Sequence record: MN091626.1
Reading direction: 5' to 3' (one strand)
DNA length: 64,000 nt
Made by a program: the position numbers and the translations under genes. Positions 30,603-38,473 of the stretch are shown here, one piece after another. The notes below the pieces were generated by a model. The model was not told the DNA's origin, ran no database searches, and worked only from the letters and a program-made list of their open reading frames with translations. Position 1 is the stretch's first letter; each line of letters opens with the position of its first letter.

Positions 30603-31259
30603 ATGAATAGAGAATTAAGCAAATTAAGTTTAGAAGAGTTGAGTGATTTAAAAGAAGAAATCAATAGATTTTTCAATAATGATTTATTTAAATTTCCAAG
30701 AAAAGGACTTGTAGAACATTTAACTTTACCTGTAGAACATTATAATCTTTTAATAAGAAATATAATAGAAGATAGTGAATTGAAATTTACTTTTGTTGGT
30801 GCTGATATGATTATTTTTGATTTAAATGATTTGAAGGTGAAGATGTCTAATAAATATAAACATAACCTTCAATTAGCCAAAAAATCTCTATACTATAATT
30901 ATGACGGTTTTTCAGGTAAAGAAAGACTTTCAGATGTAATAAAAAACGAAAAAGAGTTAATAGAAGAAAGGTTTTTATTTGAAAATAATATAAAAGCTAT
31001 TAATAATGAAATATCAAATATAGAGAATAAATTTGGTATTAAATTTGTTTTTAGTGAAAATTTTGAAGGATACGAAATAGAAATAAATGAAAAATCTGAT
31101 GAAGCAGAAATTTATATTTCAAAAAATAAAGAAGAAACTGAAAAAGAAAATATAATTGAAGATGATAAGATTACTAAAGAAAGTAATGAACATGAAATTA
31201 CACATAGTAAAAAAGATTCTTTAATTAAAAGAATAATTAAGAGAGTGGTGAAATTTTAA
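30603..31259 (+). CDS. Hypothetical protein
   Basis: RBS AAGGAG. Confidence 0.72.
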   Translation: MNRELSKLSLEELSDLKEEINRFFNNDLFKFPRKGLVEHLTLPVEHYNLLIRNIIEDSELKFTFVGADMIIFDLNDLKVKMSNKYKHNLQLAKKSLYYNYDGFSGKERLSDVIKNEKELIEERFLFENNIKAINNEISNIENKFGIKFVFSENFEGYEIEINEKSDEAEIYISKNKEETEKENIIEDDKITKESNEHEITHSKKDSLIKRIIKRVVKF

Positions 31260-31859
31260 ATGACTGAAGAAAAATTACCTGCATTAAATATTATTGCTTC
31301 TGCAGTAACTACTACACCTAAGACTAATACAGAGTTTATTAATATGACATTTATGGTGGATAATCCTAAATTTAAAGATATGTATTTAGAATTTTCTGAT
31401 ATTGATTTATCAGAAGTATTTAAAAACGAAATGCTTAAAGAAGCTTATGAAAACGGTCAATTAGCAGAGTATACTAAAATTGATCAGACTTTAGATAATT
31501 ACAATATTAGAATGATTAAAGATGATACAGTTATACAAATACAACGTATTAGAGATTACTTTGAAGAATTATCTGAATATGCTGATAAATTAATATTCTG
31601 GGTTGATGAGATTACTTTATGGTCTCAGTTAATAGAATTAGTTTATGGAGGTTCATCAGATAACACATATCAATTACCTTCATATATTGACTTCCAACCT
31701 ATTGACATAAAATCAGTAGTTAGAATGTCAGCTATAAGAGATAATGATTATTCATATGCAGAAGAATTAATGGGAACAAGTGAATCACTAACAGATTCAT
31801 CTTTATCAATTTCATCATTCTTATTAACATTCATTAAAAATGCTGGAATATTAAAATAA
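31260..31859 (+). CDS. Hypothetical protein
   Basis: Abuts the upstream stop; ORF track. Confidence 0.75.
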   Translation: MTEEKLPALNIIASAVTTTPKTNTEFINMTFMVDNPKFKDMYLEFSDIDLSEVFKNEMLKEAYENGQLAEYTKIDQTLDNYNIRMIKDDTVIQIQRIRDYFEELSEYADKLIFWVDEITLWSQLIELVYGGSSDNTYQLPSYIDFQPIDIKSVVRMSAIRDNDYSYAEELMGTSESLTDSSLSISSFLLTFIKNAGILK

Positions 31860-31865
31860 ATTTTT

Positions 31866-31880
31866 AAATATATATTATAA
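31866..31880 (+). promoter_or_regulatory. Putative early promoter followed by hairpin
   Basis: Exact motif, then TATTAGTAAT/ATTATTAATA. Confidence 0.72.
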
Positions 31881-31929
31881 AGATGTATTAGTAATGGAAT
31901 ATTATTAATATAAATAATTTAAATGGAGA

Positions 31930-33186
31930 GTGTCAGATATTATGTTAACAAATTTTAAAGATCATTTACACAGAGGCGGAAACCTTTCAGTTTCAATTTA
32001 TACTTTATTTACTAGAAAGAATAAAAATACTGGTAATGCTATTAATGGTGAGTATATTAACACGTATCAATCAAGTCAATATAACGGTGTTCCTTTCTTA
32101 AGTGAAATTGAAAATAATGGTAATCATTATATTTCTTTCTCTTATAACAAATTTCAACAAGGTCAAGCACCTATTCGTGAAGATGTATTAATTAGTTATC
32201 CACATTTACAAGAATTTAATAATTTCTTAAAAGCGACTTATACAAGTATTAGTGAGAATTTTAATAATATTTTCTCTAATAATCAAGTTAATCCAGATTA
32301 CCAACAACATATTTGGCAATCACCAAAATTAGTGTCTGGTAAAGAAATTGCTATTGCTCCTGCAGTAATTCAAAATAATAGAACTAATAATTTTGAAATT
32401 GGTTTTAATATTATGGTAAATGATACTAATAAATATGATTTTGTATCAGCTAATACATTTATCAGTTTAGTTAATTTATTAGTTAGAATTACTAATGATC
32501 CATTAACATTCAGAAATCAATGTGTACAAGCTGAAATGCAAGCTAAAGAAATTGAAAATAATCAGTTATTAAAAGGGTTATTAAGAGCTCAAGGTTTACC
32601 TACAGATATGAGTAATCATCATATGGATGAAAAATCAGCTCAAGGTAATGCTCCACGTAATAATAACTTTAATAATAACAGTGGTGGAGGTTTCAATAAC
32701 AATAATCAATTCGGTAATTTCGGTGGTAATAACGGAAATTTTAACCAAGCTCCACAACAAAATAAATTTAATCAACAACAATCTAATAACCAATCTCAAG
32801 GAAATTCTTTTGGAAATTTTAATCAACCTCAACAACAACAGAATCAACAACCGGTACAACAAAATGACAATCCTTTCAATGTGAGTCCGCAACAATCAGC
32901 ACCGCAACAAAGTAATAGTAGTAATCCATTTGATGTTGGTCAAACGGATCAAATTAGTGATGATGATTTACCATTTGAAACTAAAGAAACTCCACAACAA
33001 GATGATAGACAAATTGATAAATCTAACATGTTTAAAGATGCTGAAGTTAACAAAGAATCAGGTTCTTTAGAAGACTTATCAAATACAGTAAATAATGAAA
33101 GTGAAGGTAAAGCTAGTTCTTTACTAGACGACTTCATTAAAAAAGGTAAAGAATCAGAACAAGAAGATGACGATTTAGGAATTTAA
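31930..33186 (+). CDS. Probable single-stranded DNA-binding protein with Q/N-rich linker and acidic tail
   Basis: Folded N-domain, long N/Q/G/F low-complexity linker, NPFD..ISDDDLPF (Firmicute SSB tip motif) and acidic C-terminus EDDDLGI. Confidence 0.5.
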   Translation: MSDIMLTNFKDHLHRGGNLSVSIYTLFTRKNKNTGNAINGEYINTYQSSQYNGVPFLSEIENNGNHYISFSYNKFQQGQAPIREDVLISYPHLQEFNNFLKATYTSISENFNNIFSNNQVNPDYQQHIWQSPKLVSGKEIAIAPAVIQNNRTNNFEIGFNIMVNDTNKYDFVSANTFISLVNLLVRITNDPLTFRNQCVQAEMQAKEIENNQLLKGLLRAQGLPTDMSNHHMDEKSAQGNAPRNNNFNNNSGGGFNNNNQFGNFGGNNGNFNQAPQQNKFNQQQSNNQSQGNSFGNFNQPQQQQNQQPVQQNDNPFNVSPQQSAPQQSNSSNPFDVGQTDQISDDDLPFETKETPQQDDRQIDKSNMFKDAEVNKESGSLEDLSNTVNNESEGKASSLLDDFIKKGKESEQEDDDLGI

Positions 33187-33270
33187 GAATTAAATAATAT
33201 ATGATCTAATATGGATAAACATCTGTATTAGATCATATATACCTTTTATTTTTTATAAAAAATAAATAAA

Positions 33271-34122
33271 GTGAGTGAATATTATATGGCAAATAAAAAG
33301 GATCTAAGTGAGTTAGAAAGAATTATAAGTAGTATGGACACTATTGATGTTAGAGAAGTTTTTAAAGACGTAAGAAGTTCAGATAATGTTAATGAAGAAG
33401 ATGATTTAAACTCATCTAAATATAAAGGTGACATTAAAGGTTTAGTAACTAAAGAAGAATATGAAAGTCTTCCATATTTAGGTAAACGTGTTATTCAGTT
33501 TATGGAAAATATTGCAGCTGATAAAGAAAATTTAGATTTTGAATCTTATTTTGAAAGATATGCAAAAGCATACGGTAAAGATGAAATTGATTCATTTAAA
33601 AACACTATGTATAGACTTAAAAGTAGTAAGGTTTTTACAATACAGTCATTAATGACAATTACTGAAGCTATTGATTATAAAGTTCATATAATAACTGAAG
33701 AATTCAAAGGTATGGATGAATTAAGATTATATGAACCTAAACGTAAAGTTAAATCTTCTAGATTTATGGGTAAATTAAATTTTGATTTAATGCCAGATGT
33801 TATATATGAAGACTTTATATTAGAGTTTGTAGAGTTTTTAGAAGAATTAGGAAAAGAAGGATATACTTTTGAGATGTTATTTGGAGAACTTGAAATTAAT
33901 TCTGATGAGAAAAATCCTATAAGTAAAATTAAATCATCTATGGATAAAATGATTAAGCAAGGTAAACTAACTTGGAAGACTATGGAAACTATAACAGAGT
34001 CTTTAGGTATGAATATTAAAGTTGATTTTATAAAAGACGTTATTGATACTGATGAAGTTAATAAAATTGATGCATCTAATCAAATACAACTAGAAGATGA
34101 TAATATAATTCATAAGAAATAA
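33271..34122 (+). CDS. Hypothetical protein with two possible HTH-like repeats
   Basis: FTIQSLMTITEAIDYKVHI and LTWKTMETITESLGMNIKV resemble each other. Confidence 0.6.
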   Translation: MSEYYMANKKDLSELERIISSMDTIDVREVFKDVRSSDNVNEEDDLNSSKYKGDIKGLVTKEEYESLPYLGKRVIQFMENIAADKENLDFESYFERYAKAYGKDEIDSFKNTMYRLKSSKVFTIQSLMTITEAIDYKVHIITEEFKGMDELRLYEPKRKVKSSRFMGKLNFDLMPDVIYEDFILEFVEFLEELGKEGYTFEMLFGELEINSDEKNPISKIKSSMDKMIKQGKLTWKTMETITESLGMNIKVDFIKDVIDTDEVNKIDASNQIQLEDDNIIHKK

Positions 34123-34128
34123 AATATA

Positions 34129-34160
34129 TCCCCTAACCTTAAATTAATAAGGTTAGGGGA
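34129..34160. repeat. CCCTAACCTT-loop-AAGGTTAGGG palindrome, bidirectional terminator
   Basis: Near-identical copies at 55782, 57854, 62781; lies between convergent genes. Confidence 0.85.
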
Positions 34161-34177
34161 ATTTATATCATTTTTTT

Positions 34178-35848
34178 TTATTCTGTTGTAGTTTCTTCTG
34201 GAGTTTCTTCTACTTGTGAAGTAGAAATAGTAACACTAACATCTTTACTTACACTATCAGAAGTGACTTTAACTTTAGCAGTTCCTACAGCTTTAGCAGT
34301 TACAAGACCACTGTTGTTAACTGAAACAAATTCAGATCCTTCTGTAATAGAATAGTTTACAGGGTTTCCTTCAGGATCTGTAGTTACTGTTAATTGTTGA
34401 GTTTCATTATCTTTCATATCAACACTATCAGGAGTAACTGTTAGACTTTTAGTCTTTACTCTAGTTACATTAACATTAACCGTCTTACTAATAGAATCAG
34501 AACTTACTTTAACTTTAGCAGTTCCTACAGCTTTAGCAGTTACAAGTCCACTACTATTAACTGAAGCATACTCAGATCCTTCAGTAATAGAGTAACTTAC
34601 AGAGTTTGTAGATGGTTGAATTTTAACGTCTAACTGTTGAGTTGATTCTGCATCTATGTTAACTTCTTCTGGAGTAACAGTTAGACTCTTAGTCTTTAAA
34701 CGGCTTACATTAACCTCTACATTTTTAGAAACATCATCTGATTTAACTGTAACGTTTGCAGTTCCTTCAGAAATACCAGTAATATTTCCGTTATTATCAA
34801 CTGAAGTAAATTCAGAACCGTCTTTTAATTCAAAGCTTACTTTTCTTCCTTCTGGTTCAGTAGTAACCTCTAATTTCTGAGTTTGTTCTGCTTCAATATT
34901 AACTGTCTCTGGAGTAACAGTTATACTTTTAGTTTGATTAATGCTTTCAAATTTTCCATCTTTAGGATCATAAACAGAATATTCAATTTTCTTATCAATT
35001 TCGTTTTGTATAGTTTCCTCATCTAAAATGCGGATATTGAAATTAACAATATTGTCTTGAATACTTCTCTCAATTACTTTAACTAAAATTTCACCAGTCT
35101 TACTAAAGAATAATAAACGATTTTTATCTGCTTGATATCTAGCATAACTTTCATCACTAACATTTACAGATAATAATTGTAATAGATTTTCTTTAGCTAC
35201 AGGAGTGACTTCTTTAGTATCGAAATCTTTATAACCTAAGATTTTATCTAAAGGTAAAGCAGATTCTTTAAGAACGTTAATATCTTGTTGCAATTGAACA
35301 AGACGACCTGTAAATTTACCGTATTCTTTAACTTTAATAAAGACTGAATCTTTAACACGTTCAAAGATGTTTTTATGTCCTTCAGAAATAGCAATGTCGT
35401 AATTTTCTGAAGCGTCTTTAGGGAAGTATAATTTAAGTTCATATTCTTCATTAACTTCTAAATCAGAAGTAGGTAAACTTAAAATTTCAGATTTAACATC
35501 TTTAGCAGTATAAGTTTTAACTACAGACTTATCTGAAAGTTTGATTAAGTCAAATTTTAATAATCCTAATACATCACGAGCATCTACAGGATTAATATAG
35601 AAAGGTACATTAATAAACTTACCAGTTTCTCCTTCAGATTTGAAGTAAACTGTTCTTCTATCATATTTAATTTTACCAGTTTCAGGAAGAGGTTGAACAT
35701 CAGTAACAGTCCAACCAGCTTGTTTTAAGCTAGCTAGATCATTACTAGAAAGAATAACGTTTTCACGAGGTCCACGTTCACCTAATCCTAAAAATGGAAT
35801 TAATTTTTCATCTAATAATTTTACTTTAAAGTAGTTAGTAGTAGCCAT
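34178..35848 (-). CDS. Virion structural protein with three C-terminal Ig-like (Big_2) repeats
   Basis: Repeats of (S)(L/I)TVTPE....QQLxV...V.YSITEGSEF.SVN.SGLVTAKAVGTAKVKV; ~237-bp DNA period. Confidence 0.82.
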   Translation of the reverse strand: MATTNYFKVKLLDEKLIPFLGLGERGPRENVILSSNDLASLKQAGWTVTDVQPLPETGKIKYDRRTVYFKSEGETGKFINVPFYINPVDARDVLGLLKFDLIKLSDKSVVKTYTAKDVKSEILSLPTSDLEVNEEYELKLYFPKDASENYDIAISEGHKNIFERVKDSVFIKVKEYGKFTGRLVQLQQDINVLKESALPLDKILGYKDFDTKEVTPVAKENLLQLLSVNVSDESYARYQADKNRLLFFSKTGEILVKVIERSIQDNIVNFNIRILDEETIQNEIDKKIEYSVYDPKDGKFESINQTKSITVTPETVNIEAEQTQKLEVTTEPEGRKVSFELKDGSEFTSVDNNGNITGISEGTANVTVKSDDVSKNVEVNVSRLKTKSLTVTPEEVNIDAESTQQLDVKIQPSTNSVSYSITEGSEYASVNSSGLVTAKAVGTAKVKVSSDSISKTVNVNVTRVKTKSLTVTPDSVDMKDNETQQLTVTTDPEGNPVNYSITEGSEFVSVNNSGLVTAKAVGTAKVKVTSDSVSKDVSVTISTSQVEETPEETTTE

Positions 35849-35871
35849 TCTTAGAATTCACTTTCCTTTCT

Positions 35872-36420
35872 TTATTTTTCTAATAGTAAATCAATTAAAT
35901 CTTGTTTACGAGCATTTTTATTATACTCAATTTCTTTAGAATCTAATTCTTCTTTAAGCTCAGCTACAGTGAATTCATTTAAATCTTCTTCTGTAACTTC
36001 GACTTCTTCAGAACCTTGTTCTTCTACTTTTTCTTCGTTAGTAGGAGCTTCTTCAGAACTTTGTTCTTCTTTAGTTTCTTCTTTTACTTCGTCTGATACT
36101 TCGCTATCTGTTCCTTCATCCACTTGCTTCTCTTCGCTGCTGCTTTCATCATTGCTCTGTTCCTCTTGTGATTGCGTATCATTTGATTCAGAAACTGCTT
36201 CATTTTTATCTTCACTCTTATTTTCTTTTTTATTTGATTTATCGCTTGGATATACATAGTCTTCATCAACAATTGTTACTTGTAAACCTAAACGTCTAAA
36301 TAAACGAATTTGTGAACCTGAAGCACGGAAAGGTTTAACAAAAGGACCTTTACCTTTACCAGGCACAAATGCTTTTTCATTAATAATAATGAAATTATTA
36401 TCTTCATTGAAATTTAACAT
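35872..36420 (-). CDS. Protein with acidic linker and C-terminal SAP/Rho-N-like helical domain
   Basis: C-terminus DLNEFTVAELKEELDSKEIEYNKNARKQDLIDLL; N-terminus shares the PGxGxGP motif with neighbours. Confidence 0.7.
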   Translation of the reverse strand: MLNFNEDNNFIIINEKAFVPGKGKGPFVKPFRASGSQIRLFRRLGLQVTIVDEDYVYPSDKSNKKENKSEDKNEAVSESNDTQSQEEQSNDESSSEEKQVDEGTDSEVSDEVKEETKEEQSSEEAPTNEEKVEEQGSEEVEVTEEDLNEFTVAELKEELDSKEIEYNKNARKQDLIDLLLEK

Positions 36421-36492
36421 AAATTAGTAATCTCCTTTACCATATTTTATTTTATAAATAAAAGTTAAGGAAGGATCTTATAAAAATCCTTC

Positions 36493-37290
36493 TTAACTAA
36501 ATGTTCCCCATGCGTTACCAATACGTTGTCCTTTACCATTTGATTTACCAATTGGCACGTATACATATTGTCCTTTAAATTTACCTGAAACCCAGATAAG
36601 ACCATCAAAGTCTTGGATTTCTTCGTATTTAATAGAGTCGCCTTTTTTCATGAATGGACCTGTAGGCCATCCAGTCCATGGACCATTTTTACGAGTAATA
36701 ATTCCTGAAGCAACATTACATTTGAAAGTAGCTTTTTCAGTTTTCCATAGAATACCTGCTGAATTACGTTTCCATTTAGCAGATGTAACAGCTTTCTTAG
36801 GAGCTGCTTTCTTAACTACTTTTTTCTTAGGAGCTGCTTTCTTAGTAGTTGCTTTTTTAGTAGCTGTACTACTAAAGGCTGGACGAATTACTCCCCAAAA
36901 TCCTGTATAATCATGGAATACTTTAGCTGCAGGTGAACCATTGCTACCTGCGTTAAACCAGTTCTGGTCAATTGAATAGAAATTGTTTAAGTTAGCTGAA
37001 GTGATAATACCTGTATGACCATAAACATCATATGGAGGATTAGCCCAAATAGCTATATCTCCTGGTTGAGGTAAGAATGATGGAGTATTTTTAATAAGTT
37101 TCCATCCTGAAGGCATTGTATTACTTTTAAGATCTTTAGCGTTACCCCAAGGCCAGAATTTTCCATCAGTTAAATAATTACAATAACCGATAGTCAAATC
37201 CATACATTGAGCTCCATAAGCTCCATCCATGTCAAGTCTACGACCAATACGATTATTAACCCAATTCAAAGCTTGAGTTTTAGTTTTCAT
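36493..37290 (-). CDS. Endolysin, CHAP peptidase plus SH3b cell-wall-binding domain
   Basis: DMDGAYGAQCMDL (catalytic Cys), YGHTGI (His), DQNW; K/A-rich linker; staphylococcal-type SH3b. Confidence 0.92.
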   Translation of the reverse strand: MKTKTQALNWVNNRIGRRLDMDGAYGAQCMDLTIGYCNYLTDGKFWPWGNAKDLKSNTMPSGWKLIKNTPSFLPQPGDIAIWANPPYDVYGHTGIITSANLNNFYSIDQNWFNAGSNGSPAAKVFHDYTGFWGVIRPAFSSTATKKATTKKAAPKKKVVKKAAPKKAVTSAKWKRNSAGILWKTEKATFKCNVASGIITRKNGPWTGWPTGPFMKKGDSIKYEEIQDFDGLIWVSGKFKGQYVYVPIGKSNGKGQRIGNAWGTFS

Positions 37291-37455
37291 ATTTTATTCA
37301 AACCCTTTCGATAAATTTTCTTTATTTCTTTATATTTAGTTGTTCTTTTATAAAAATAATATGTTTCATAATAGTATAAAAATAAATACCCTAACGAATC
37401 TTTAATATGATCGTTAGGGTATATAAAATTATAATTTAAATTATAGAATCATTTA

Positions 37456-38406
37456 TTAGCTAAATGTTCCCCATGCTGGACCAATACGTTTACCGTTACC
37501 ATTTGATTTACCTACTGGTACGTATACATATTGTCCCTTAAATTTACCTGAAACCCAAATATATCCGTTAAAATCTTGGATTTCATCATATTTAATAGTA
37601 TCACCTTTAGACATACGAGGACCTTGAGGCCATCCAGTCCATGGACCATTTTTACGAGTAATAATTCCTACAGATACACCACATTTGAAAGTAGCTTTTT
37701 CAGTTTTCCATAGAATACCTGCTGAATTACGTTTCCAAGTAGTTGAAGTTTCAGTACTTGTTTTCTTAGGTTTAGCAGGTGCTTTAGTTGTAGTAGTAGA
37801 TTTAGTTGCTGTTGAAGTTTTAGCTGTAGAAGTAGCACCATTTTTCATATAAGTTAGAACCTTTTTATCTACATTAGAAACACTACGAGACATACCGCAT
37901 GCAGCTAATAAATTGCCTGGATCTTGTTTGTCTGCTTGGATATCTTGATGTCCTGGCATATTTGTACTTGCATTAATTTTATATTCTTTACATAAGAAAG
38001 CAAGAACACGACAATAGTTATCAAATGATTTTAATGAACGACTTCTATTAGAGAAGTAACATCCTTCAACACCAATAGCGCCATCATTAGCATCAATACC
38101 ATACCAAGAATTATCAGTAGGTGTATTGTACATAACATGCCATGCTTTTTCATCTAAAGGAACACAGATAATACATTCTTTATCATCAACAAAGATATGA
38201 GCTGATGCTGTATAGTTCCAATCAATATTATATGAATTACGATAGTAATCAACATTATTTTGGGCAGTAGTGTTAGGGTTTCCTGTGTCATGAGCAACAA
38301 TAAATTTAGGTCCGTTAAGCTTATCTCCAGCTCTACGAGTACCTATTGGTAAAAAATCAGTATAAACAGGAACACCGTTCCATGTACCGATATGTTTTTT
38401 AGCCAT
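37456..38406 (-). CDS. Endolysin, N-acetylmuramoyl-L-alanine amidase (Amidase_2) plus SH3b
   Basis: IVAHDTGN, SAHIFVD, AWH, GVEGC, PGHQD...DPG; SH3b nearly identical to that of the CHAP lysin. Confidence 0.92.
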   Translation of the reverse strand: MAKKHIGTWNGVPVYTDFLPIGTRRAGDKLNGPKFIVAHDTGNPNTTAQNNVDYYRNSYNIDWNYTASAHIFVDDKECIICVPLDEKAWHVMYNTPTDNSWYGIDANDGAIGVEGCYFSNRSRSLKSFDNYCRVLAFLCKEYKINASTNMPGHQDIQADKQDPGNLLAACGMSRSVSNVDKKVLTYMKNGATSTAKTSTATKSTTTTKAPAKPKKTSTETSTTWKRNSAGILWKTEKATFKCGVSVGIITRKNGPWTGWPQGPRMSKGDTIKYDEIQDFNGYIWVSGKFKGQYVYVPVGKSNGNGKRIGPAWGTFS

Positions 38407-38453
38407 AATTAAATTTTCCTCCTTGAATTTATTACTAATTAAAGTAATTTCTA

Positions 38454-38465
38454 TATTTAACTGTT
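38454..38465 (-). promoter_or_regulatory. Putative late promoter AACA-N6-TA
   Basis: AACAGTTAAATA upstream of the amidase; same pattern at 37333, 40974, 44247, 45488, 58627 (-) and 51522 (+). Confidence 0.65.
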
Positions 38466-38473
38466 CTATATTT

